A stretch of DNA of 51,921 nucleotides, taken from the NCBI GenBank assembly GCA_019358935.1, contig JAHHIK010000059.1:1-51921 (forward strand), written 5' to 3'. Positions 31,529 through 41,253 of the stretch are shown here, in pieces. This DNA comes from Tolypothrix carrinoi HA7290-LM1 (GTDB lineage Bacteria; Cyanobacteriota; Cyanobacteriia; Cyanobacteriales; Nostocaceae). The notes under the pieces were generated by a model, which was given only the letters and a program-made list of their open reading frames with translations, did no database searches and had not been told where the DNA came from. The position numbers and the translations under genes were made by a program. How positions within the stretch are numbered: position 1 is the first letter of the stretch; each line of letters begins with the position of its first letter.

Positions 31529-32515
31529 ATGCTTCAAACAACAATAACACCTTTCAAACAGAAACTAAGTTCTCCCTTGACAAAAAAGGGAATTAATGTA
31601 TTACAAATTAACTTGGGTAAGCGCTGCAACCTCGCTTGTACGCACTGCCATGTGGAAGCGGGACCCAAACGCACAGAAGAACTTACCCCGGAAATTTGCG
31701 AACAGTTAATCAAGTTAATTCATCAATTTCCAGAAATTAAAATTGTTGACTTGACAGGTGGTGCCCCTGAGATGAATTATGGATTTAAGCCACTAGTAGA
31801 AGCCGCAAAAGCAACAGGTAAACAGGTAATTGTCCGGTCGAATTTGACAATTTTCTTTGAAGATGGTTTTGATGATTTACCAGAATATTTTGCGAAACAT
31901 CAAGTGAGAGTTGTTGCTTCTCTGCCTTGCTATTTAGCAGATAATGTTGATAAAATGCGAGGTCTTGGTGTTTTTGATGATTCGATTCGCGGCATACAAT
32001 GGTTGAACAAAGTCGGCTATGGAAACAAGCCAGATTTAATTTTGGATTTGGTGTATAATCCCCAATTACCTACAAGCGAAAAATTCTCCTTAACTCCCGA
32101 ACAGAATAAGCTGGAACAGAATTACAAAACGTTCTTATATGAACATTTTGAAATTGTGTTTAACAACCTATTCACAATCACAAATATCCCAGTAGGTCGA
32201 ACTAAAATGCATTTAGAACGTAAGAAGCTTTACGCACCCTATTTGCAGTTCTTAGAGTCGCATTTTAATGGTAGTACAATTGAAAATTTGATGTGTCGTG
32301 ATGAGCTTTCAATTGACTATTTGGGTAATGTTTATGATTGTGACTTTAACCAAATGATGAAGCTACCTGCGAAAACTCGCAATGGGGAAACCTTGACAGT
32401 TGCTAAGTTGTTAGAAGCTGGTAGTTTAGACTTAATTGATGAGGTACAAACTGCTGCTTATTGCTATGGTTGTACCGCAGGATGTGGTTCGAGTTGTGGT
32501 GGTGCTTTGGTGTAA
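31529..32515 (+). CDS. arsS: Arsenosugar biosynthesis radical SAM protein
   Basis: CNLACTHCH, DLTGGAPE, ASLPCY, YDCDFNQ, CYGCTAGCGSSCGG. Confidence 0.9.
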   Translation: MLQTTITPFKQKLSSPLTKKGINVLQINLGKRCNLACTHCHVEAGPKRTEELTPEICEQLIKLIHQFPEIKIVDLTGGAPEMNYGFKPLVEAAKATGKQVIVRSNLTIFFEDGFDDLPEYFAKHQVRVVASLPCYLADNVDKMRGLGVFDDSIRGIQWLNKVGYGNKPDLILDLVYNPQLPTSEKFSLTPEQNKLEQNYKTFLYEHFEIVFNNLFTITNIPVGRTKMHLERKKLYAPYLQFLESHFNGSTIENLMCRDELSIDYLGNVYDCDFNQMMKLPAKTRNGETLTVAKLLEAGSLDLIDEVQTAAYCYGCTAGCGSSCGGALV

Positions 32516-32728
32516 AGTCAATTAATTTTAGATGAAAGGATTTTAAACCGCTTCTTGACGCGGATAAACGCAGATAATAATTAATTATCCGCGTTCATCT
32601 GCGTTCATCTGCGGTTGTAATTTTAAATTGATGCGGTTCTATCAACCTAACCGTTTATATAAGCGTAATAATAAATACCAAATATTAATTGTTTTTGTTG
32701 AAAACACGCAGTAAGGAGGAAAACCCAA

Positions 32729-33433
32729 ATGACTGAAGATAATAAGATCCGCACTTTATCTGTTGATATTGGTGGCAGTGGTGTCAAGGTTCTGCTTTTG
32801 GATAGTAAGGGTAATCCCTTAAGTGAAAAAGTGCGAAAAGAAACACCGCAGCCAGCTAAACCCGAACCGGTGATAAATGCAATTGTTGAGTTAGCAGCGA
32901 CTCAAGCTGAATTCGATCGCGTTTCGGTAGGTTTCCCCGGTGTGGTGCGTGATGGAGTGACGGAAACGGCGGTAAATTTGCATCCAGATTGGATTAAGCT
33001 TGATTTGGCAAAGGAATTGTCACAGCGTTTAAACAAGCCTGTGCGGGTGATTAATGATGCTGATATGCAAGGTTTGGGAGCAATTGTAGGTAAGGGTGTA
33101 GAATTGGTGATTACCTTGGGTACTGGCTTTGGTTCGGCTTTGTTTGTAGATGGGAAATTAGTGCCGAATTTGGAAATGGGGCATCATGAGTTTAGAAAAG
33201 GCGAGACTTATGAGCAACAATTGGGACGTGCAGCTTTAGAAAAGGTTGGTGATAATAAATGGAATAGGCGTTTAGAAAAGGCGATCGCTTCTCTGCAAAA
33301 TCTATTCAATTATAATTACCTTTATATCGGCGGTGGTGAAGCTACAAAAGTCAAAATTCAGCTACCTGAAAATGTGAAACTCATCCCAAATATTACTGGT
33401 TTACTCGGTGGAATTGCTTTGTGGCGAGATTGA
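32729..33433 (+). CDS. ppgK: ROK-family sugar kinase, probably polyphosphate glucokinase
   Basis: VDIGGSGVK, VGFPGVV, NDADMQG, TLGTGFGS, NLEMGH; short PPGK-like length. Confidence 0.75.
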   Translation: MTEDNKIRTLSVDIGGSGVKVLLLDSKGNPLSEKVRKETPQPAKPEPVINAIVELAATQAEFDRVSVGFPGVVRDGVTETAVNLHPDWIKLDLAKELSQRLNKPVRVINDADMQGLGAIVGKGVELVITLGTGFGSALFVDGKLVPNLEMGHHEFRKGETYEQQLGRAALEKVGDNKWNRRLEKAIASLQNLFNYNYLYIGGGEATKVKIQLPENVKLIPNITGLLGGIALWRD

Positions 33434-33434
33434 G

Positions 33435-33565
33435 GGTTGTTAGTTGTTAGTGGTTAGTGGTTAGTTGTTGGGCATTTATCCCCCTTGTCCCCCTTGTCCC
33501 CCTTGTCCCCCTTGTCTCCCACTCCCCCACTCCCCCACTCCCCCCTCCCTACTCCCCACTCCCCT
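33435..33565. repeat. 7-/8-/9-mer tandem repeats
   Basis: GTTAGTG runs, CCCCTTGTC x4, CCCCACTC runs. Confidence 0.85.
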
Positions 33566-33645
33566 TCCTTACTCAGTCTTGCGAAAGATGTCGCGAGGCT
33601 TAATAAAAATTATTAATTGGAAGGAGAGGGTAGGGATGATTAATC

Positions 33646-34662
33646 ATGCAATTGAAGCCGATAAATCAGCAAGTGGTAGCCATCGTTGGGGCTTCCAGTG
33701 GAATTGGACGGGAAACAGCGCTTTTGTTTGCGCGACGCGGTGCAAAGGTAGCAGTAGCAGCGCGGAGTGAATCAGGGTTAAATTCCTTGGTGAACGATAT
33801 TCAAAGCTTTGGTGGTGAAGCGATCGCTATTGTTGCAGATGTAAGTGACTTTGAACAGGTAAAGGCGATCGCCGATCAAACTGTGGCACAATACGGAAGG
33901 CTTGATACTTGGGTTCACGCTGCTGCTACAGGTATACTCGCACCTTTTGAAAAAATCACACCCGAAGAGTTTCAACGAGTTATTGATGTAACTTTGATGG
34001 GACAGGTTCACGGTGCAATGGCAGCATTACCCTACCTGAAACAAGAAGGACGCGGGGCATTAATTCATATTTCTTCAGTGGAAGGTAAGCGCGGTTTACC
34101 GTTGCAAAGTCCTTACTCTGCGGCAAAGCATGGTTTAGAAGGTTTCTTAGAAGCGCTGCGGGTAGAGTTGCAGCATGAAAAGTTGCCTATCAGCGTTACC
34201 TCAATACTGCCTTCTGTTATTAACACACCTTACTATAATAAAGTTGCTACCAAATTAGGGGTGAAACCGACAGGGATACCACCATATTACGATCCTAGCC
34301 TTGTTGCTGAAGCGATTCTTTATGTTGCCGAACATCCAACTCGTGATTTTATCGTTGGGGATGTGGGTAGAGTGTTAGATGTGCTACAAAGAGTTTCGCC
34401 TCCTTTAGTGGATTCAGTCTTGACGGCAATTGGTATTCCGGGACAGCGTACCAACGAACCGAAGTCAGAAGACGCACCAAACAATCTTTTTGAACCGATT
34501 TCAGGTTATGACAAAGTTAAGGGAGACTTTGGCAAGCTTGAAATCCCAAGTTTCTTAGATTGGTTCGATATGAACCCGCCGGTTAAGTGGGGTGCTTTAG
34601 CGGTTGCAGCTTTGGGTGTTGCAGCGTTTCTCGGTGGGTGGTGGAATGGGAATGATGTTTAA
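33646..34662 (+). CDS. Short-chain dehydrogenase/reductase
   Basis: GASSGIG and YSAAK motifs; C-terminal hydrophobic tail. Confidence 0.92.
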   Translation: MQLKPINQQVVAIVGASSGIGRETALLFARRGAKVAVAARSESGLNSLVNDIQSFGGEAIAIVADVSDFEQVKAIADQTVAQYGRLDTWVHAAATGILAPFEKITPEEFQRVIDVTLMGQVHGAMAALPYLKQEGRGALIHISSVEGKRGLPLQSPYSAAKHGLEGFLEALRVELQHEKLPISVTSILPSVINTPYYNKVATKLGVKPTGIPPYYDPSLVAEAILYVAEHPTRDFIVGDVGRVLDVLQRVSPPLVDSVLTAIGIPGQRTNEPKSEDAPNNLFEPISGYDKVKGDFGKLEIPSFLDWFDMNPPVKWGALAVAALGVAAFLGGWWNGNDV

Positions 34663-34780
34663 GGAGTTTTAGCTTTGGGGTGAACGAGCGATCGCATTTA
34701 CTGATTGTAGAAGAGTGCGATCGTCTTCAGCATAACAATCGTGTTATGTTGCGTCGATGATGTGCAAATAAAGCAACTCC

Positions 34781-35314
34781 CTAAACTACCTGATTTTTCA
34801 CGCGATAAAAAAGCAACACAACACCGTTTTTGTAAATCTTGCTGTTGGTAAGTTCCAGATCAGTCTGCTTGACGACTCCGGAAAAAAGTGGAATTCCTGA
34901 GCCGAATAGTAAAGGATTTAACTTCAAGATTATCTCGTCAATCAAGTTTTCGGCAAATAGCATTGTAGCTAAATCAGCGCCACCGCAGAGGTATATGTCT
35001 TTGCCCGTTTCATCCTTCAACGCTGTGACAAATTCAACAATCTTCTCGGAAACGATCGCCACATTCTCATCCGGACTTTCTTTCATCGTGCGGGAGATAA
35101 CATACTGCTTCATAGTTGGGTAAGGATTGGTTACACCTTCTTTTAATCCCACCTCGTATGTCTTGCGTCCCATCAAAACGACATCAAACCACTTGAAAGA
35201 CTCTAAATAATCAGTTACATGCTCACCTTCAAAAAGAAAACCGTCAAATGAGCCGTCTTGGTGGGCAATAAACCCATCAACGGTGCAAGCTACGTAATAC
35301 TTCAGTTTTCGCAT
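34781..35314 (-). CDS. Dihydrofolate reductase/RibD-C-like protein
   Basis: VACTVDGFIA, LMGRKTYE, GGADLA, LIDE, GSGIPLF; GGAGG RBS. Confidence 0.88.
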   Translation of the reverse strand: MRKLKYYVACTVDGFIAHQDGSFDGFLFEGEHVTDYLESFKWFDVVLMGRKTYEVGLKEGVTNPYPTMKQYVISRTMKESPDENVAIVSEKIVEFVTALKDETGKDIYLCGGADLATMLFAENLIDEIILKLNPLLFGSGIPLFSGVVKQTDLELTNSKIYKNGVVLLFYRVKNQVV

Positions 35315-35422
35315 ATCTAACCTCCTGGTTCGTAGTGAGCGGTTTACCGCTCAGATCAACAGTTTTATAGGAATAGAGCCGCTTACTACCTTAAAAAGCG
35401 TTTATTTATGCCCATCCAGATT

Positions 35423-35463
35423 CCCGCGCTAACCCAAACTGCTCAATTACCGCCGCATTTGTC
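35423..35463 (-). repeat. Duplicate of the rtcA 3' region (36981-37021)
   Basis: CCCGCGCTA(A/G)CCCAAACTGCTCAATTACCGCCGCATTTGTC, 40 of 41 nt identical. Confidence 0.9.
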
Positions 35464-35539
35464 CTCAAATAATGTGAATTGTAACTCTTTTATTCTTTTC
35501 CAGATAATATTATGATGAAATAAAAAGGTAGGTTCATGT

Positions 35540-35836
35540 GTGAAATCAACTTTGTATTTGACAGCAAAAGTCTTACCGGGAAATAAAATTGAGATTCAAA
35601 ATTTAAACCTAACAGAAGGACAAACAGTTGAGGTCATAATTATAATTTCCGAATCTAATACTTCTATTGACTCTGAAAACAACCAGTCTCCTTCTTTACA
35701 GGAACGTCAAGCTTTCCTCAAACTACCTCTTAGCGATCGCAGACGAATTCTGGAAACTCAAGCCGAAACAATGCTGTCTCACTACCAGCAAGATTCTGAG
35801 TGGCAATTAATGGCGGGTGACATAATTGACTACTAA
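35540..35836 (+). CDS. Putative antitoxin
   Basis: KVLPGNKIEI...GQTVEVII beta-rich N-terminus, FLKLPL..RRRIL; overlaps the mazF-like gene. Confidence 0.65.
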   Translation: MKSTLYLTAKVLPGNKIEIQNLNLTEGQTVEVIIIISESNTSIDSENNQSPSLQERQAFLKLPLSDRRRILETQAETMLSHYQQDSEWQLMAGDIIDY

Positions 35837-36191
35837 TCCTGACATGCCTAAGCGTGGGGAAATTTGGTTAGTTAATTTTGACCCCACAATAGGTGCAGAA
35901 ATCAAAAAAGTACGCCCCGCAATAGTTATTAGTTCTGATGCTGTGGGTAAATTACCTATTAAATTGATTGCTCCAATTACAGATTGGAAACCTTCTTTTG
36001 CCCAAAATATTTGGCACGTCAAAATCGAGCCAGATACTAGCAATTGTTTGACGAAAGTTTCCGCAATTGACGCATTGCAATTAAGAGGAGTAGACTTGCA
36101 ACGATTCATTCACAAGTTAGGTATTATCTCAGATATTACCATGTCAGCAATTTAAATTGCGATTGTGACTATTATTGAAGCGGAAATATAA
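35826..36191 (+). pseudogene. mazF: PemK/MazF toxin with probable premature stop at 36153-36155
   Basis: RGEIWLVNFDPTIGAEIKKVRPAIVISSD; after TAA the frame continues IAIVTIIEAEI*. Confidence 0.7.
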
Positions 36192-36291
36192 TATAAATAT
36201 AATATTTTTGACTGCGAAAATAGACAACAATTACTCGTAAATCACGATAAGCATGTTGATTTAAGCTATGCTTAAGCGCGATCGCCTTTCA

Positions 36292-36379
36292 GCATAACGG
36301 CGCTCATTGAGCGGTGACAGAACATGAAAGCATTACCACCAATATTTTTTCATCAATCCGCTCCAATGCGTTGTTATGT
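36292..36379 (-). other. attC-like integron cassette recombination site
   Basis: Minus strand: ACATAAC-aacg-CATTGGAGCGG ... CCGCTCAATG-agcgcc-GTTATGC; outer AAC/GTT boxes and inner arms with one unpaired G; 10 nt after a stop codon. Confidence 0.75.
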
Positions 36380-36389
36380 CGCGCAAAGG

Positions 36390-36755
36390 CTAGAATGAGG
36401 CGCTGATTATCTCACTAGATGCTGAAAAGTATTCTCGCGTGAAGTCAATAGCTGCTTGTTCATTAAAACCTTTGCAAGTGTAGATCACAATCGAGAAAAA
36501 CTTAGCACTGCTCCAAAAATAGGCTGATATACCAGAGTCAATAAGCGGCAGGAAGGCATCATACCCTGCATTTTCCTCTCGCCCCATGCCCGAAGCCGGC
36601 GCAAAAATAATAGGTTCGCCATATGTGCTAAGGCTTAAATGTCCAGCAACATTGAGAAGATATTTTTCTAATAGCTCCTTGTTTATGTCAATGGTGTAGA
36701 AGCCCTCAATGAGCAATCGCTGCCGAAAAATATCTGGTGCAAGATTCTTTATCAT
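36390..36755 (-). CDS. S-adenosylmethionine decarboxylase-like protein on a putative gene cassette
   Basis: GYDAFLPLIDSGISAYFW....SIVIYTCKGF resembles the SpeD G.....L.ESH.S.H.W....D..TC pattern. Confidence 0.6.
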   Translation of the reverse strand: MIKNLAPDIFRQRLLIEGFYTIDINKELLEKYLLNVAGHLSLSTYGEPIIFAPASGMGREENAGYDAFLPLIDSGISAYFWSSAKFFSIVIYTCKGFNEQAAIDFTREYFSASSEIISASF

Positions 36756-36927
36756 GTCCGTTTACTTCGTGATTTTTCCTACGCTTTGCAGTCTAACAAA
36801 TTCAACCGAGAAACAATAAACTCCCATAATCTAAAGATTACAAATGCTCATGCGATCGCTGTTTACCTCAAAATATGCTGATAATTTTGATACTGTGGCG
36901 TAAGAAGCGATAAAGTGCGATCGCCCC

Positions 36928-37974
36928 TTATCTTATCATCGGTTCCACCACCACTATCTTATCAACTTGATCCACCATTACCCGCGCTAGCCCAAACTGC
37001 TCAATTACCGCCGCATTTGTCGTTAAATGCATACTTACCTCAGCTACGCGATACTCACTTTTCTCACCAGCTAATACAGCCGGTAACAATAACTGATCCG
37101 CCAAATGTTCATCTACTGGTGCGCTTGTTTGATGAAACTTCAGCAATTCCTCACAAGCGATTTCGGCAACTTTTTCTGATGACAACCGCTTCTCTCCCAA
37201 CCCACTAAACCCAGCTAAACTATTTTTATATTTAGCGGTGAGAAACAAACCAGCCCCAGGTGCAATACCCTTTTCTCGCAATGCTTGCACAGCTACTTTT
37301 AATTTGGCTTCTTGCAATAAATTCTCAGCACGATTTGCCATTCTTTGGGGAATATTGGCAGGTAATTCTGTTACCACTGCTAGTCCCCGCACTTGTTGTA
37401 AGTCACCGCGTTCGAGCAATTTGATACCAGTGGGTTTTTTACCGCCGCTTACACGCAATTGCACTTCTCCCCCACCTTGAGGATACCATCCCCAAGCGCC
37501 AAGTTTTACTTGAGCTTCCACGCCCATTTGCTGTAACATTGGCAGATAGACTTGCTCAATGTAGGTCGTTGAAGGGCTAAAAGCAACGTGAGTTCCACCT
37601 CGTAGCGTTACTTGGGAATCACCATCAGCTAGCGCCAAAGCTAAGAGGATAGTCTGCAATACTAAAGTAACCGCACCAGCAGAACCACCTTCTCGTGCTT
37701 GGCTGACATCAAAGGTGTAATTTCCCGCTTGCACGGAACTACCGGGAGTGAATTCTAGCATCATTGAACCGAAAGCATCACCCCGCAGTTTGGCATGACA
37801 AATTGCCGCAGCAGCGCGAACTGATGTCAAGTGTTGTGCTGCTAATCCCGGCTTTTTGCGTTTAGCGCGAATGTTGTAAATGCGTATGGGTTCACCTGTG
37901 ATGGCAGCGAGACTTAAGGAGGTGCGGAGAACTTGTCCACCTCCTTCTCCATATGAACCGTCAATTTCAATCAT
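36928..37974 (-). CDS. rtcA: RNA 3'-terminal phosphate cyclase
   Basis: IDGSYGEGGGQVLR, PGLAAQH, GGTHV, YPQGGG, VDEHLADQL, HLTTN. Confidence 0.95.
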   Translation of the reverse strand: MIEIDGSYGEGGGQVLRTSLSLAAITGEPIRIYNIRAKRKKPGLAAQHLTSVRAAAAICHAKLRGDAFGSMMLEFTPGSSVQAGNYTFDVSQAREGGSAGAVTLVLQTILLALALADGDSQVTLRGGTHVAFSPSTTYIEQVYLPMLQQMGVEAQVKLGAWGWYPQGGGEVQLRVSGGKKPTGIKLLERGDLQQVRGLAVVTELPANIPQRMANRAENLLQEAKLKVAVQALREKGIAPGAGLFLTAKYKNSLAGFSGLGEKRLSSEKVAEIACEELLKFHQTSAPVDEHLADQLLLPAVLAGEKSEYRVAEVSMHLTTNAAVIEQFGLARVMVDQVDKIVVVEPMIR

Positions 37975-38140
37975 GCGGTGCAATACTTTTGTATTATTAT
38001 AGTACTACAAGGCTACAATCTGTAGGGATAGTTTGTCATGCTGTTAACTACTAAGAATTATTGGCGTTGCATATTAACATGATGATTTGACGTATTGTAG
38101 AGACCTTCCGTCGTCACGTCTCTACGATTCATCCAAAGGA

Positions 38141-38719
38141 TTATGCAAAAATTAATTGTAAATCTAACACAAAACCACGAAGAATATCCTCACCAGATAA
38201 ACTACTAGGAGATTGTAAAACTTCTACTTCTACCAAAGGTCGATAAATTTCTACTTGTTTCTTTTTAGGATTAATCAACCAACCCAAACGCAAACCATTT
38301 TCTATATATTCCTGCATTTTGGCTTGAGTTTCTTCTAAATCATCACTTTCAGATATCAATTCCACTACAAAATCAGGACACAAAGGTAAAAACTTCTTTC
38401 GTTGACTTGAAGTGAGTGCATCCCATCTTTCTATCTTTACCCAAGACGCATCGGGGGAACGAGTTGCACCATTTGGAAGTTTAAAACCTGTGGAAGAATC
38501 AAAAGCTTTTCCGAGATGATTTTGACGGTTCCAAAACCATATTTGACCTAATAAATCAAAGTTACGGTTTCCCGTTTCTCCCCCAGTGGGTGACATAATA
38601 ACTAATTCCCCATATTGCGTTAATTCCAGTCGTAATTCTTTGTTAAAAAGAACAACTTGTTCAAATTCTTCATCTGTAAATTTAAGATTTGGGGGTAACT
38701 GTAAAGTTAAGGCACTCAT
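38141..38719 (-). CDS. Uma2-family (DUF820) endonuclease-fold protein
   Basis: MSPTGGETG, DSSTGFKLPNGA.RSPDASW, PDFVVEL, KMQEY..NG.RLGWLI. Confidence 0.93.
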   Translation of the reverse strand: MSALTLQLPPNLKFTDEEFEQVVLFNKELRLELTQYGELVIMSPTGGETGNRNFDLLGQIWFWNRQNHLGKAFDSSTGFKLPNGATRSPDASWVKIERWDALTSSQRKKFLPLCPDFVVELISESDDLEETQAKMQEYIENGLRLGWLINPKKKQVEIYRPLVEVEVLQSPSSLSGEDILRGFVLDLQLIFA

Positions 38720-38969
38720 CGTTAATTCTCCAGAAAATGTGAGATTAGGCTGATAGAAGCTTGCTTTTACCAGGATTCATCAAATTGTAGGGGTCAACCA
38801 TTTCCTTAAATTTTAGATTACGGCAATGCGATCGCTCTCCTCCTCTCTTCTTCTATAAAATAGGAATGGGATTGGCAATAAATACGTTTTTCTCTTCGTG
38901 ATAGCGTATAATCTCATTGAGGCGTTCTTCGCGCTCTTAACCGCACCAGTTGCATTCCTAGGAGGCGCG

Positions 38970-39039
38970 GTAGAGACGTTCCATTGTCACGTCTGTACCA
39001 GGAAAAGCGGTAGAGACGTGACAATGGAACGTCTGTACA
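38970..39039. repeat. Pair of GTAGAGACG REP palindromes (another at 38097-38125)
   Basis: GTAGAGACG-ttccattgtca-CGTCTGTAC followed by a copy whose loop is the reverse complement. Confidence 0.75.
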
Positions 39040-39255
39040 AAAGTCAGAATTGCATTTTGTGCAAAGCTACGCGGACTGTATAAACGGTATTTTTGCATCT
39101 TTGCTTGCAACGTTCTTCACCCTGAGTAGCGGTGTAAAATCCAACAAGCATTACATTCTGACTTTTGAATTCTTCTTTATCGGCGCTTTCATGCCATTTC
39201 TTTAATATAAAGTTATATAAGGCACTCAAAAAGAAAAATTACAGCGCCTACATTT

Positions 39256-39726
39256 TTAGCTGATTCGCAGTGTACATTCTAAAATTAACTTTTGATTTAC
39301 CAAAGAATATGGTTGAATTTCTAAAGCGCGTTGAAAAGCTTTGATTGCTTCACCGTACTCGCCAAGTGCGGCATAACACAAGCCCATACCGTGAAGTGCG
39401 CCAAAATGTACTGGTATTATTTCCACAACTTTCTGACAATCTGCTAGCGACTTATAATATTTGCGGCTGCTGTAGTAAAGAAAAGCGCGACGATTCCAAG
39501 CTTCAGCAAAATCTGGTTGTTCTTTGATCAGTTGGTTCAGCACTGTTTCGGCTTCGTCTAGTTCCCCAGCGTCTAGTAGCTTTTGACTGCGGTCAATGGT
39601 TTCTAGCCCAGAAATTCCCTTTTGCTTGAACCAGATGCGCCAAAGTTTCCTAGTCGCGTGTTCGCGCACTGTTTCGTCAGGATTTTTCAAATCTTCAAGT
39701 AAGGAATTGATTGATAAAGAATCCAT
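39256..39726 (-). CDS. Tetratricopeptide-repeat protein
   Basis: PDFAEAWNRRA, HFGALHGMGLCY, A...FQRALEIQP. Confidence 0.88.
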   Translation of the reverse strand: MDSLSINSLLEDLKNPDETVREHATRKLWRIWFKQKGISGLETIDRSQKLLDAGELDEAETVLNQLIKEQPDFAEAWNRRAFLYYSSRKYYKSLADCQKVVEIIPVHFGALHGMGLCYAALGEYGEAIKAFQRALEIQPYSLVNQKLILECTLRIS

Positions 39727-39847
39727 GAATTTGAGGTTTGGGATTGTATATTAGTAATTTCGCACAAAACTATTCAATTAAATCACTTTTAAAGGCATCT
39801 TTAAATTGGGGCAATTGCAATGCTCGGCAATTATCATGCTATTTGTT

Positions 39848-39861
39848 GTAGTCAGTAATAC
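39848..39861. promoter_or_regulatory. Possible NtcA-binding site
   Basis: GTA-GTCAGTAA-TAC (GTA-N8-TAC) about 130 nt upstream of the URC1-like gene; no canonical -10 at the usual spacing. Confidence 0.4.
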
Positions 39862-39990
39862 TGTTAGTGCGTTTACGCAATATATCAAGTCATTAGCACA
39901 AACTTTATAAAAGTGAAAAGGGTGTCTTGGCAGTTGACAAAACCCTAGGAAATAATAGTTGATAAAAAGATAACAAAAAATAAATTGACT

Positions 39991-41247
39991 ATGCCAAAAC
40001 AAAACAGCGTTTCTCGGCATATTGTTCTGACTTCTCATCCCAGTCGTTCTGGTCCCAAACCGATCGCGATTAACTGGGGAGCTGCTGACCCGATGCAACG
40101 AGGTCCAGTGATTGCTACTTTAACAAAGTCGGCGCACCGCAATGTCATAGGCACTCATTCGGGTGGTTATGCGGTTTATCGCGCTTTAGCAGTGGCTAGC
40201 GGATCGCTGCAATCAGATCATATAGCGGATTTAACCAACACGTCTCCAACAGAGCGCATTGGACCATATCCAAGCTGGTCTGACCCTGATAAAATCGTCT
40301 CGCTTGACCCTTATGGAGCGATCGCTTCGGAGGTGTTTGCATCATACTACGAACAGGGATATGATATCCGTCCGACGATCGCCATCACCAAAGCTCACAT
40401 TAATATGCCCGAACTGCAAGAAGCGATCGCCAAAGGACGCTTGCAAGTTGATGGTAAAATTATGAAACCCGGTGGCGATTTGGTGGTAACAAAAGCCGCA
40501 ATTGAGCCGGTTTGGTATTTACCAGGACTTGCCAAGCGGTTTAATATCACCGAAGGCGAATTGCGTCGCGCTTTATTTGAACAAACTGGGGGAATGTTTC
40601 CAGAATTGGTGACTAGATCGGATTTGGAGGTGTTTTTGCCGCCAATTGGAGGTTTGACGGTGTATATTGTCGGTGATTTAGAAGCGATCGCCGATCCGAA
40701 TAAGCCTTTAGCTGTCAGAGTACATGATGAGTGCAACGGTTCCGATGTCTTCGGTTCAGATATCTGCACTTGTCGTCCTTATCTGGTACACGGAATTGAG
40801 GTGTGCGTGCAAACAGCACAAGAAGGTGGTGCTGGGGTAATTGTTTATTGTCGCAAAGAGGGTCGCGCCCTTGGTGAGGTTACGAAATTCTTGGTTTACA
40901 ATGCTCGCAAGCGTCAAGAAGGAGGCGATCGCGCTGATGCCTATTTTGAGCGTACTGAATGTGTGGCAGGTGTCCAAGATATGCGCTTCCAAGAATTAAT
41001 GCCGGATGTACTGCATTGGTTGGGCATTACCCGCATTGACCGCATGGTATCTATGAGTAATATGAAGTTCGATGCCATAACTCAGTCGGGAATTGAGATT
41101 GTGGAGCGAATTGCGATTCCCGATGATTTGATTCCTCAAGATGCGCGGGTGGAAATTGAAGCGAAGAAAGCTGCCGGGTATTATACCACAGGGGATGTGT
41201 TAGATGCAAACAGTTTAGCTGATGTGAAGGGACGAGCTTTGGAGTAG
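39991..41247 (+). CDS. GTP cyclohydrolase II-like protein, URC1 type
   Basis: Long N-terminal domain (WGA.DPM.RGPV, RNVIGTHSG) plus VRVHDECNGSDVFGSDICTC, EGRALGEV; followed by URC4-like gene and upp. Confidence 0.88.
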   Translation: MPKQNSVSRHIVLTSHPSRSGPKPIAINWGAADPMQRGPVIATLTKSAHRNVIGTHSGGYAVYRALAVASGSLQSDHIADLTNTSPTERIGPYPSWSDPDKIVSLDPYGAIASEVFASYYEQGYDIRPTIAITKAHINMPELQEAIAKGRLQVDGKIMKPGGDLVVTKAAIEPVWYLPGLAKRFNITEGELRRALFEQTGGMFPELVTRSDLEVFLPPIGGLTVYIVGDLEAIADPNKPLAVRVHDECNGSDVFGSDICTCRPYLVHGIEVCVQTAQEGGAGVIVYCRKEGRALGEVTKFLVYNARKRQEGGDRADAYFERTECVAGVQDMRFQELMPDVLHWLGITRIDRMVSMSNMKFDAITQSGIEIVERIAIPDDLIPQDARVEIEAKKAAGYYTTGDVLDANSLADVKGRALE

Positions 41248-41253
41248 GTTGGA

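Noticed and set aside
31529..32515. Selenoprotein recoding in arsS
   Set aside because: No in-frame TGA; the ORF is continuous.
34781..35314. Trimethoprim-resistance dfr / folA
   Set aside because: Motifs fit the RibD-C-like reductase family rather than classical DHFR.
34716..36797. Complete integron
   Set aside because: No tyrosine recombinase gene or attI is recognisable.
38898..39229. Two 61-aa ORFs
   Set aside because: They overlap REP repeats and show no recognisable motif or RBS.
39991..41247. Riboflavin ribA/ribBA
   Set aside because: The N-terminal domain is not DHBP synthase, and the URC4-upp context indicates the URC1 type.
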